Below are positions 19,413-28,383 of a stretch of DNA of 64,000 nt, piece after piece. The translations under genes and the position numbers were made by a program. Where the stretch lies: positions 128,001 to 192,000 of the IMG/VR virus record IMGVR_UViG_3300045988_126112. One strand, written 5' to 3'. The notes under the pieces are model-generated. The model made no database searches and was not told the DNA's origin. It saw nothing but the letters and a program-made list of their open reading frames with translations. This DNA comes from a virus. Numbering within the stretch: position 1 is the first letter of the stretch; every line of letters begins with the position of its first letter.

Positions 19413-19895
19413 ATGGAAGATTTACATGTTAGAATTAAATATTTTGAAGGAGCTACACACTTAGAAGGAATATCAATAGGAGATTGGATTGATGTATATA
19501 GTAACGAAACAGTATATTTACATGAAGGACAATTTGCTTTAATCCCACTAGGATTTGCAATGGAATTACCAAAAGGATATGAAGCATATTTAATGCCTAG
19601 AAGTTCAACTTTTAAAAATTGGGGTGTAATACAAACTAATTCAGTTGGACTAATAGATGAAAGTTATTGTGGTGATGGTGATGAATGGAAACTGCCAGTA
19701 TATTGTTTAGAGCCTAGACATAGTATCAGAGGAAGTGAATATCCATGTACTATAATTAAAAAAGGTGATAAAATAGCACAATTTAGAATTCAAAAGAAAC
19801 AACCTAAATTAGCATTTGATGTAGTTGAAACTTTAGGTAATGAAGATAGAGGTGGATTTGGTTCTACTGGAACAACTAAATATGAAGAAAAATAG
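19413..19895 (+). CDS. dut: dUTP pyrophosphatase (trimeric dUTPase)
   Basis: 160 aa. Motifs IGDWIDV, MPRSS, GLIDESYCG, GDKIAQF and DRGGFGSTG are all present. Confidence 0.9.
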   Translation: MEDLHVRIKYFEGATHLEGISIGDWIDVYSNETVYLHEGQFALIPLGFAMELPKGYEAYLMPRSSTFKNWGVIQTNSVGLIDESYCGDGDEWKLPVYCLEPRHSIRGSEYPCTIIKKGDKIAQFRIQKKQPKLAFDVVETLGNEDRGGFGSTGTTKYEEK

Positions 19896-19912
19896 ACATA
19901 GTTATATTACTG

Positions 19913-19950
19913 GTCAAGGGTAGAAATATCCTTGACTAATTTTTATTTTT
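19913..19950 (+). terminator. intrinsic terminator
   Basis: Stem GTCAAGG/CCTTGAC followed by TAATTTTTATTTTT. Confidence 0.65.
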
Positions 19951-20023
19951 AATTTTAAGCAAACAATATAAATAAAATATAAGGTATACTGAAAGTTTTC
20001 AGTAAGATATGGAGGTATGTATT

Positions 20024-22066
20024 ATGAGTAAAAATTTTGTAGAATTTAGAAATGCTGTTATGGATAAATTTTATGAATTATCAGATGTATGTGGTAATGC
20101 AATATTTGAAATGGAAGTAGGAGATAAATCTCAACTATGGGATGCTTATATAAATAATTTCCCAGAAGGAACAAATCCAATATTTAGAACTAATAGAGTT
20201 CATGATTGTAATTGTTGTCGACATTTTATAAAAGCAGTAGGTGCATTAGTAGGTATAAAAAATGGAGACTTAATATCAATATGGGATGTTAATCTTCCAG
20301 ATGATTCTGAATTTAAGGAACCAGCAAAAGCTTTATCTGACTTTGTTAAATCACAAGTTAAGATAAAAGATATATTCTGTACTAAATTTGATAGTTATGG
20401 AATAGCTCATAATTATAAAGAAATTGATGGAGAATCAGTTAAATTTAATCATTTTTATTTAGAAATTCCAGAAATGTACAAATCTAATAATTGTGACACA
20501 TTTAGAGGTGAATTTAGAAGTTCAGTAGCTGTATTTAAACGTGGCTTAGATGAATTTACACTAGAAGCATTAGATAATGTATTAGATTTAATAAATGATA
20601 ATAATTTATATAGAGGTGAGCAATATTTAAGAGCTTTAAAATCATTTAGAGCTTATAAAATTTTGTATGATACTATAGAAGATAGTAGAAGTAAAGAATT
20701 TTTCGCTTGGGAAAGAGCTACACATGAAGGTTCATCTGTAGTAAGATTAAGAAATACATCAATAGGTACATTACTTACTGATATATCTACAGGAATGGAT
20801 ATAGAAGAAGCAGTAAGAAAATATGAAATTATAGTTGCACCTAGTAATTACAAAAGACCTAAAGCTATATTTACTAAAAAAATGCTAGATGAAGCAAAAG
20901 AAACTATAACTGAATTAGGATATATGGATTCAATAGGTAGAAAGTTTGCTACTATAGATGATATGAATGTAAATAATGTTTTATTTATAGACAGAAATAC
21001 TAAGAGTAAACTTGATACCACAGAAGATATATTTGAACAAATGTCAAAAGAATGCGTTGTAAAACGTAAATCTTTTGATAGAGCTCAAGAAATATCAATA
21101 GAAGACTTTATAAATTTAGCACCACAAGCTAAATCTATAGAAGCTTTATTTGTACCTAATTTAGAAAGAAACTTAGTATCTTTGATAGCACCAAAAGTTA
21201 AAGATTCAAAATCTATGTTTAAATGGAATAATAATTTCTCTTGGGCATATAAAGGAAATATAGCTGATTCAGCTATAAAAGAAAATGTTAAGAGTGCTGG
21301 AGGTAATGTAACTGGTGTTCTTAGATTTTCAATACAATGGAATGATATAGATAGAGATATGAATGATTTAGATGCACATTGTATAGAACCTAATAGATTC
21401 CATATAAGTTTCTCTGATAAGAAAAGTCCATATACAAAAGGAGCTTTAGATATAGATATAATGAATCCATATCCAAATAGACCAGCTGTAGAAAATATCA
21501 TATATCCAAATAAAGAAATTATGATGGAAGGTAGATACTTATTCTTTGTTCATAATTATGCTTTTAGAGGTGGTAGAAATGGATTTAGAGCAGAAATAGA
21601 ATGTGATGGAGAAATATATCAATTTGATTATAGAAAACCATTGCAAGAAAAAGAAATAGTAAATGTTGCTGCTGTAACATTTGATAAAGAAAAGGGATTT
21701 ACAGTTGAAACTTTATTACCTGCTGATGTTATTAATAGAGAAGTTTGGGGATTGAAAACAAACACATTTGTTCCTGTGAGAGCTATATGCTTATCTCCAA
21801 ACTATTGGGATAACAATCAAGTAGGAGCTAAACATTATATGTTTATGCTACAAGATTGTGTGAATGAAGAACAACCAAATGGATTCTTTAATGAATACTT
21901 AAATGAAGAACTTATGAAACACAAAAGAGTATTTGAAGCATTAGGACATAATGCTAAAGTAGATGATTGCCCAAATCAATTATCTGGTTTAGGATTTAGT
22001 GCTTCAAGAAGAAATGAAGTTATAGTAAAAATAGATGGTAAGAAAGTTTATAAAATTAAATTTTAA
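20024..22066 (+). CDS. large conserved-looking hypothetical protein (Cys cluster HDCNCCRHF; C-terminal DLDxH...LDIDI beta-sandwich-like segment)
   Basis: The track ORF starts at 20009 (MEVCIM...), but that ATGGAGGT is itself the SD. The true ATG is probably 20024. 680 aa. It is embedded in the nucleotide-metabolism cluster. Confidence 0.85.
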   Translation: MSKNFVEFRNAVMDKFYELSDVCGNAIFEMEVGDKSQLWDAYINNFPEGTNPIFRTNRVHDCNCCRHFIKAVGALVGIKNGDLISIWDVNLPDDSEFKEPAKALSDFVKSQVKIKDIFCTKFDSYGIAHNYKEIDGESVKFNHFYLEIPEMYKSNNCDTFRGEFRSSVAVFKRGLDEFTLEALDNVLDLINDNNLYRGEQYLRALKSFRAYKILYDTIEDSRSKEFFAWERATHEGSSVVRLRNTSIGTLLTDISTGMDIEEAVRKYEIIVAPSNYKRPKAIFTKKMLDEAKETITELGYMDSIGRKFATIDDMNVNNVLFIDRNTKSKLDTTEDIFEQMSKECVVKRKSFDRAQEISIEDFINLAPQAKSIEALFVPNLERNLVSLIAPKVKDSKSMFKWNNNFSWAYKGNIADSAIKENVKSAGGNVTGVLRFSIQWNDIDRDMNDLDAHCIEPNRFHISFSDKKSPYTKGALDIDIMNPYPNRPAVENIIYPNKEIMMEGRYLFFVHNYAFRGGRNGFRAEIECDGEIYQFDYRKPLQEKEIVNVAAVTFDKEKGFTVETLLPADVINREVWGLKTNTFVPVRAICLSPNYWDNNQVGAKHYMFMLQDCVNEEQPNGFFNEYLNEELMKHKRVFEALGHNAKVDDCPNQLSGLGFSASRRNEVIVKIDGKKVYKIKF

Positions 22067-22084
22067 TAAATGGAGGTAAATACA

Positions 22085-22480
22085 ATGGAAAAAGTTAATA
22101 ATTTATTCTTAAAAGCTACAAAGGAAAAATTTAGATTCCCATATATGGGACAAATATCAACAGAAGATTTATGGGATTTATCTATCGAAAATCTAGATTC
22201 CATATATGGAAAACTAGATGAAGATTTAACTAGACTAAGTACAAAGACTTTAATAAAAGATAAAAAGACTGATATAGAAAAAGAATTAGAAGATAAAATA
22301 GAAATAGTTAAATTTATAGTTGAATTCAAACAAGCAGAAATAGAAGCTGCAAAAGAAAACGCAATGAAATCAGTTAAGAAACAAAAAATACTTGCATTGA
22401 TACATGAAAAAGAAAATGAATCACTAAAAGAAAAATCTGTTGATGAATTGAAAGAAATGTATGACGCATTAAATGACTAA
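22085..22480 (+). CDS. hypothetical coiled-coil protein
   Basis: The track start at 22070 is ATGGAGGT (an SD), so the likely ATG is 22085. The sequence is K/E-rich. Confidence 0.8.
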   Translation: MEKVNNLFLKATKEKFRFPYMGQISTEDLWDLSIENLDSIYGKLDEDLTRLSTKTLIKDKKTDIEKELEDKIEIVKFIVEFKQAEIEAAKENAMKSVKKQKILALIHEKENESLKEKSVDELKEMYDALND

Positions 22481-22486
22481 TCAAAA

Positions 22487-22514
22487 AGCAATACGAGAGT
22501 AATCTCGTATTGCT
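22487..22514 (+). terminator. hairpin (terminator-like, weak T-run)
   Basis: Stem AGCAATACGAGA/TCTCGTATTGCT. Confidence 0.5.
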
Positions 22515-22553
22515 ATTATATAAATTTATTTTTTGTAAGGAGGAGTATGTAAA

Positions 22554-23735
22554 ATGTTATTTAAGAAGAAAAAGAAAAAACTAAAAGAAATTATAAGTAG
22601 TGCTGATATAGGGTTTACTCCTATATATCATAATGATGCTATAGCTATAGTACATGATGCTTGTATAGTTTGTGTAGATGGTAAAAAAGAAAGAACTTTA
22701 GATGAAAAAGTTAAGTTCATATCTGATAAAGTAAAAATAGGACATGAGTCTATATTAGAACATTCAAACTATATTGTTTTATTAAACTTTACTGGCAATC
22801 CAGATAATCTTGAAGCTTATATGGATATACTAGAATGCTTTAAATATCTTAATGTAAAAGCAAAAATATATCAATCTGATGGAGAACCTTATGGACAAGT
22901 AAAACTTCTTATAGGTGGTTCAGCAAGAGCATATAAACATTTAATAAGAACTTGCAATAATCATAATAATCCTATATATAAAACTTTATTGGAATATATT
23001 CAATATGCAATACCATCTTGTTTCTTTAGTGATTTAATCCAAGATAATGTATTAAAAGAACTAGATTTCTTAAATCTTTATTTCGATGATGATTATAAGA
23101 ATATAGATTATAAATGCAATACTAAAACTACAACTATAGATGATGGAATAATATTATATGTAGATAATATATATGATATTTATAAAAGACTAGATGGTGT
23201 ATTTGACTCTTATGAACTTATGGATTTCTGTATGGTAAATACTTTATTCCATAATGTATCAAGAGCTTGTTCACATCAAATAGTTAGACATAGAAATGGT
23301 GTTACACAATTATCTCAAAGATATGTAGATATGAAAAATGCTCCAATGATATTACCACCATTAGACATACCATCACAAGCTAAAAATGAAATGGTAATAT
23401 TATTAGACCAAATAGTTAATAAGTATACAGAATTAGTAGATAAATATGAAATGAAGAAAGAAGACGCTAGATATCTTTTACCTAATGCATGTGCTACTAC
23501 ATTATATATGACATTTACATTTAGAAACTTCTTAAAAGCATATCAACTTAGAACAGGTAAAGGAGCTCAAAGAGAAATCCATATAGTATTCGATAAACTA
23601 TATTCAGGATTAGAAAAATATTGGGAAACTCAATTTGATAAAGACTTAGAATCTTGTCATCCAATGTTATATTTAGAACCTAAATTAGTATTTGATGGAA
23701 TTGAAGCTGATAAAAATCTAGAATCAAAAAAATAA
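22554..23735 (+). CDS. thyX: flavin-dependent thymidylate synthase ThyX (longer than usual)
   Basis: 393 aa. GHESILEH, GSARAYKHLI and SRACSHQIVRHRNGVTQLSQRYV match the ThyX RHR..S....SQRY signature. Confidence 0.9.
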   Translation: MLFKKKKKKLKEIISSADIGFTPIYHNDAIAIVHDACIVCVDGKKERTLDEKVKFISDKVKIGHESILEHSNYIVLLNFTGNPDNLEAYMDILECFKYLNVKAKIYQSDGEPYGQVKLLIGGSARAYKHLIRTCNNHNNPIYKTLLEYIQYAIPSCFFSDLIQDNVLKELDFLNLYFDDDYKNIDYKCNTKTTTIDDGIILYVDNIYDIYKRLDGVFDSYELMDFCMVNTLFHNVSRACSHQIVRHRNGVTQLSQRYVDMKNAPMILPPLDIPSQAKNEMVILLDQIVNKYTELVDKYEMKKEDARYLLPNACATTLYMTFTFRNFLKAYQLRTGKGAQREIHIVFDKLYSGLEKYWETQFDKDLESCHPMLYLEPKLVFDGIEADKNLESKK

Positions 23736-23742
23736 AAATGTT

Positions 23743-23772
23743 ATGGGGATAAGCTTAATTGCTTATCCCCAT
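23743..23772 (+). terminator. 12-bp hairpin after thyX (no clear T-run)
   Basis: Stem ATGGGGATAAGC/GCTTATCCCCAT. Confidence 0.45.
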
Positions 23773-23911
23773 TGGAAACGTTTTAGGTTAAAATAATAAT
23801 ACGAAAGTTTGATGAGTAATATTTAGTATTGAAATCAAAATAATTAAAAGAGTTATATTTTTATATCGAAAAATAATATATTGGATTACTATATAGTTAG
23901 GAAAATTTTAA

Positions 23912-23935
23912 GCCCAATCATAATTATGATTGGGC
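23912..23935. repeat. perfect 24-nt palindrome
   Basis: GCCCAATCATAA|TTATGATTGGGC, inside the 424-nt non-coding region upstream of nrdJ. Confidence 0.9.
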
Positions 23936-24013
23936 AAATACTTAAATACATATTATTATATAAATTTGAAGGTACTTTGTTATGTGGTAATATAATAATT
24001 TCTACTATTATAT

Positions 24014-24022
24014 TATATTATA
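24014..24022 (+). promoter_or_regulatory. promoter-like motif TATATTATA
   Basis: Exact motif followed by G, 137 nt upstream of the nrdJ ATG. Confidence 0.35.
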
Positions 24023-24159
24023 GTTACTTAGAAATATTTTAAAATTAAAAATTTATGATTGTATTTTTTATGAGTATGATTTTTTTCTTTTTCAAATTTT
24101 ACAAAACAATTTAGTAATCAAAATTATATATAGAAATTTTTTTTTGGAGGGATAGAATT

Positions 24160-26238
24160 ATGAAAGATACTATAATAAAAAGAGATGGAACTAGAGAAGC
24201 TTATAATGAAGCTAAAATTTTAAATGCTGTTTTAAGAGCAGCTTATGATACAACTGGAGTAAATAATGGACCAGATTTAGCAATAGAAGTTACAAATAAT
24301 GTACGTAATGAAATGGAACAAAATCCAGATAAAGAGTACAATGTAGAAGAAATACAAGATTTAGTTGAAAAATATTTAATGTTATCAGGAAAAACTGATA
24401 TTGCTAAACAATATATTTTATATAGAGATAAAAGAACTAAAGCAAGAGAAAAAGGATGGGACTTAGATGAAGTAGGAAAGAAATCTTATGAAGAAAAATA
24501 TAGACATGCTGGAGAAAACTTTGACGAATTCATAGACAGAATATCTAATGGAAATAAAAAGATAGCTAAGCTATTAAGAGAAAAGAAATTTGTATTTGGA
24601 GGAAGAATACTTTCAAATAGAGGATTACAAAATGATGGATATAAAATTACTTATAGTAACTGCTATGTATTAAAAGGACCAGAAGATAATCTAGAATCTA
24701 TATTTGATGTAAATAGAGATATGGCTATTACTTTTAGTAGAGGTGGTGGAGTAGGTTTTGATTTATCAAGATTAAGACCTAAAGATGAACCAGTTCATAA
24801 TAATGCAAGAACTACATCAGGACCTTGTTCATTTATGGATATATATAATAAAACAACTCAAACTATTGGTCAAAAAGGAAGACGTGGAGCTTTAATGTTA
24901 GCAATGAGAGTATCTCATCCAGATATACAAGAATTTATAGATTTAAAAAGACAACTAGGAGAAATTGAATGTGCAAATCTTTCTGTAATGATTGATGATA
25001 AATTTATGGAAGCTGTTATAGGAGGAAAATCATATTTATGCAAATTTAAATATGATGATGGACGTGAAGTTCTTAAAATGGTTAATGCTAATGAATTATT
25101 TACAAGAATGTGTGAAAATTCTTGTGACTATGCAGAACCAGGATTATTATTCTGGGATACAGTAGATAGAGGAGGACTTTTAGCAAAAGACCCAGAATTT
25201 TCGTATGAGTGCGTAAACCCATGCGCTGAAGAGGTTTTACCAGCTGGAGGTTCTTGTTTACTTGGGCATATGAATCTATCTGAATTTGTAGTACATCCAT
25301 TTACAGAAGGAGCTTATTTTGATTATGATAAATATGAAGAAGCTGTAAAACAAGCTGTAATAGCTTTAAATGAAGTTTTAGATGAAGGTGAAACATTCCA
25401 CCCATTAGATTATCAAATAGAAGCTGTTAGAAAATATAGACAAATTGGATTAGGATATTTAGGAATAGCAGATATGCTTATAAAATTAGGAATTAAATAT
25501 GGTTCAATAGAATCATTACAAATTTGTGATAGAATAGGATTTAAAACTGCAGATATGGCTATAAGAACTTCAGCTGAAATAGCTAAAGACAAAGGAACTT
25601 ATGAAACTTATAATAAAGAATATGTATTTGCATCACCATTCTTTAAATCAAACACAACTGCATTAACAAGAGAAATGGTTAGAAAATATGGATTAAGAAA
25701 CTCTCAATTATTAACTTGTGCACCTACAGGAACTGTATCATTATTATATAGAACTTCTGGTGGTATAGAACCTATATTTGCATTAAAGACTGAAAGAAAA
25801 ACACTTAGCTTAAATAATGGTGAAGAAGTAAAATATGAAGTAAATGCTAAGATAGTACAAGACTTTATGGATATATATGGTGAAATGGATATAGAAGATT
25901 TACCAGATTATTTTGTAACTGCTGCTGATATAGATTATAAAGATAGAGTTAGATTCCAAGCTATATGGCAAAAACATATAGATGCTTCAATATCTTCTAC
26001 TGTTAATCTACCTCATGAAACTTCTATTGAAGATATAAAACAATTATTTATATTTGCTTGGGAATCAGGTCTTAAAGGAATAACTGTATATAGAGCTGGT
26101 TGTGCAAGAGAAGGAATATTAGTTAATAAAGATGGTGAAAAGGATGAAAGTAATATATGTCCAGAATGTGGAGCAGAATTACAACATGTAGAAGGATGTG
26201 TTACTTGTATGAATTGTGGATATAGTAAATGTAGTTAA
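24160..26238 (+). CDS. nrdJ: ribonucleotide reductase, class II (B12-dependent), with an N-terminal ATP-cone
   Basis: 692 aa. The ATP-cone-like N-terminus is IIKRDGTREAYNEAKI. The active-site loop is VNPCAEEVLPAGGSCLLGHMNL (class II NPC.E). The C-terminal Cys cluster is CPECG...CVTCMNCG..C. Confidence 0.85.
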   Translation: MKDTIIKRDGTREAYNEAKILNAVLRAAYDTTGVNNGPDLAIEVTNNVRNEMEQNPDKEYNVEEIQDLVEKYLMLSGKTDIAKQYILYRDKRTKAREKGWDLDEVGKKSYEEKYRHAGENFDEFIDRISNGNKKIAKLLREKKFVFGGRILSNRGLQNDGYKITYSNCYVLKGPEDNLESIFDVNRDMAITFSRGGGVGFDLSRLRPKDEPVHNNARTTSGPCSFMDIYNKTTQTIGQKGRRGALMLAMRVSHPDIQEFIDLKRQLGEIECANLSVMIDDKFMEAVIGGKSYLCKFKYDDGREVLKMVNANELFTRMCENSCDYAEPGLLFWDTVDRGGLLAKDPEFSYECVNPCAEEVLPAGGSCLLGHMNLSEFVVHPFTEGAYFDYDKYEEAVKQAVIALNEVLDEGETFHPLDYQIEAVRKYRQIGLGYLGIADMLIKLGIKYGSIESLQICDRIGFKTADMAIRTSAEIAKDKGTYETYNKEYVFASPFFKSNTTALTREMVRKYGLRNSQLLTCAPTGTVSLLYRTSGGIEPIFALKTERKTLSLNNGEEVKYEVNAKIVQDFMDIYGEMDIEDLPDYFVTAADIDYKDRVRFQAIWQKHIDASISSTVNLPHETSIEDIKQLFIFAWESGLKGITVYRAGCAREGILVNKDGEKDESNICPECGAELQHVEGCVTCMNCGYSKCS

Positions 26239-26359
26239 TAAAAAAATATTCACATCTAACTATATAATAGCACAATAATTTTCAGATTTTGTGTTAATTG
26301 TAAAATATTTCTCTGCCTTTGATTTTTATTGTTTATTTTTGAATTGATCTTTTTAACCC

Positions 26360-26395
26360 GCTGGAAGGAAAATTTTCCTTCCAGCAAAATTTTTG
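26360..26395 (+). terminator. intrinsic terminator
   Basis: Stem GCTGGAAGG/CCTTCCAGC followed by AAAATTTTT. Confidence 0.65.
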
Positions 26396-26456
26396 ATAAC
26401 TATAAAATAATCCTTTGATTTGTTTTTGATTTTTATATAATAACTTGCTGCAACTT

Positions 26457-26487
26457 AAACCAGATAGCTTAGTCGGCTATCTGGTTT
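26457..26487 (+). terminator. second hairpin (12-bp stem)
   Basis: Stem AAACCAGATAGC/GCTATCTGGTTT with loop TTAGTCG. Confidence 0.5.
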
Positions 26488-26526
26488 AAAATTTGCCTTA
26501 ACATTTTAATTAAGGGGGTGTTAAGA

Positions 26527-27324
26527 ATGAGAAATTCAGATATAATAACAGATAATTTTGATTCTGAACCAGAAGTGGTAAAAATTAATGATTTACCTGA
26601 ATGTAATCAATTCGAATATGATTTGATGGACGAAAAAGATTTTAAAAAATATATGAAAGATGTTGAGAGAATGGTACGTAATTCTATGGAATATAGACTT
26701 ATGGTTAAATTTCTAAGAGAGAATATGGATATGAATAAATGTAGTTTCTATGAAAATGTAAATAATATAGATACATTTAAGATTAAGATTCATTTACATC
26801 ATCATCCATTTACTCTTTATGATATATGCTATATAGTTTATAAGAAACGTTGTGCTTATGGAGAACCTGTTGATGTTGAAGATGTTGCTAAAGAAGTTAT
26901 GCATATTCATTATAATATGATGGTTGGATTAATACCATTAGCAGAAACTCCTCATGAGCTAGTACACAATAAATATTTGTTTGTTCCTTTGGATAGAGTA
27001 TATGGTGCTTGGAGTGCATTTTATGATATGTATTTTCCATTTATGGATTTAGATTATATAGAAAATATAAGAGAAAATGTAGAACGTACAAAAGCATATA
27101 AAGAATCTCAAGAAGAATTAGGTGTATTAGCTAAGAAATATGTATATGTCGATGTGGATAGTGGTATATATGATATTCCTGATTATGCTACTGTAATACA
27201 AGCTATGGAAAAAAGAATAGCTACTATTAATGAAGAAGAAAGACTTAATCATCAACCTATGAGAAAAGTTATACATTTTATAAAAGCTAATGGGGAAAAA
27301 GAAACAAACAATAGTATTTTTTAA
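26527..27324 (+). CDS. His-rich protein with a possible degenerate HNH (His-Me finger)-like signature; paralog of 39035-39682
   Basis: The track start is GTG 26518. ATG 26527 sits 9 nt after AAGGGGG. KIHLHHHPFTLYD and PLAETPHELVHN align with LEMHHCILTIFD and LSKTPHQLYHN of the paralog. Confidence 0.8.
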   Translation: MRNSDIITDNFDSEPEVVKINDLPECNQFEYDLMDEKDFKKYMKDVERMVRNSMEYRLMVKFLRENMDMNKCSFYENVNNIDTFKIKIHLHHHPFTLYDICYIVYKKRCAYGEPVDVEDVAKEVMHIHYNMMVGLIPLAETPHELVHNKYLFVPLDRVYGAWSAFYDMYFPFMDLDYIENIRENVERTKAYKESQEELGVLAKKYVYVDVDSGIYDIPDYATVIQAMEKRIATINEEERLNHQPMRKVIHFIKANGEKETNNSIF

Positions 27325-27327
27325 TCA

Positions 27328-27336
27328 TATATTATA
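27328..27336 (+). promoter_or_regulatory. promoter-like motif TATATTATA
   Basis: AATCATATATTATAG, 33 nt upstream of ATG 27370 and directly after the previous stop codon. Confidence 0.5.
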
Positions 27337-27369
27337 GTATTGAATAAAAATATTAGGGGGTTTGATATT

Positions 27370-28212
27370 ATGAATATTGGAGAAATGGGAATACCAACTA
27401 CACACAGAAATGTAACAACTAAAAACGATATAAAGTTTATGGAAAAATTTGAATTACTTAAAGAGTTTAAAAAGGAATTTAACAGATTTCCAAAAGCAAG
27501 AGAAACTTATAAAGGTGTCAAATTAGGTATGTGGTGTGCAGATTTAAGAGCTAAAAGATGGAGACATTCTAAAGATAGAATAGCTTTATTAGATTCAATT
27601 GGATTTGTTTGGGATGTGCATAAACACAGCTGGGATACTAATTTTAAACTAGTTAAAGAATTTAAAGAAGAATTTGGAAAAATGCCATCTAGTACTGAAG
27701 TATATAAAGGTGTTAAATTAGGTATGTGGTGTGATATCCAAAGACATTATTATAATAATAATATAGATTATATATCTAAAGAAAGAATAGATTTATTAGA
27801 TTCAATTGGATTTGTTTGGAGTATACAAGATGATAGATATAATAATAACTTTGAATTACTTAAAGAGTTTAAAGAAGAGTTTGGTAAAATGCCAACAACA
27901 ACAGATGAATATAAAGGTGTTAAATTAGGAGCTTGGTGTTCAAACGTAAGAGTCTTATATAAATGCAACAGCTTATCTGAAGACCTTTATAAGAAACTTA
28001 GAGACATTGGATTCATGTTTGACTACAATAAAGAAAAATGGGAATACAATTTCAATCTACTTAAAGAATTTAAAGAAGAGTTTAACAGATTACCTAAACA
28101 ATATGAAAAATATAAAAATATTGAATTAGGCTTTTGGGTGTATAATAATATGAGTAGATGTATAGATGACAGAAAGAAAGAATTACTTAGAAGTGTTGGA
28201 GTAAATATATAG
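27370..28212 (+). CDS. protein made of four helicase-associated (HA) domain-like repeats
   Basis: The track start is TTG 27340. ATG 27370 follows TAGGGGG. A unit of about 65 aa repeats: F.LLKEFKEEFG.MP...E.YKGVKLG.WC...R.........R..LLDSIGFVW. Confidence 0.8.
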   Translation: MNIGEMGIPTTHRNVTTKNDIKFMEKFELLKEFKKEFNRFPKARETYKGVKLGMWCADLRAKRWRHSKDRIALLDSIGFVWDVHKHSWDTNFKLVKEFKEEFGKMPSSTEVYKGVKLGMWCDIQRHYYNNNIDYISKERIDLLDSIGFVWSIQDDRYNNNFELLKEFKEEFGKMPTTTDEYKGVKLGAWCSNVRVLYKCNSLSEDLYKKLRDIGFMFDYNKEKWEYNFNLLKEFKEEFNRLPKQYEKYKNIELGFWVYNNMSRCIDDRKKELLRSVGVNI

Positions 28213-28224
28213 GGGGCAATATTT

Positions 28225-28383
28225 ATGGATTTTTATAATGAAGAATACGGAAAGTATATTGATCTTGTAGGATATTTATATCCAGAGTTAGATTTAAAAT
28301 TTACAGAAGAAGATGCTATTGAAGTAGATTTTAAAGTAGTTGATGATGAGGAAAATAATGAAGGGGGATTATTGAATGAATAA
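28225..28383 (+). CDS. small acidic protein (52 aa, below the track cutoff)
   Basis: Hand-translated as MDFYNEEYGKYIDLVGYLYPELDLKFTEEDAIEVDFKVVDDEENNEGGLLNE. AGGGGG RBS. It overlaps the next gene through ATGAATAA. Confidence 0.55.
   Translation: MDFYNEEYGKYIDLVGYLYPELDLKFTEEDAIEVDFKVVDDEENNEGGLLNE

Noticed and set aside
20009-20023. Upstream in-frame starts giving MEV... N-termini (20009, 22070, 38188, 55296)
   Set aside because: In each case the (A/T)TGGAGGT that supplies the putative start is itself the Shine-Dalgarno sequence. An ATG lies 15 nt downstream at ideal spacing, so I moved the starts.
23736-24159. Cobalamin riboswitch upstream of the B12-dependent RNR
   Set aside because: The region is almost pure A/T apart from two hairpins. 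It has no B12-box-like GCCACTG core and no multi-stem junction.
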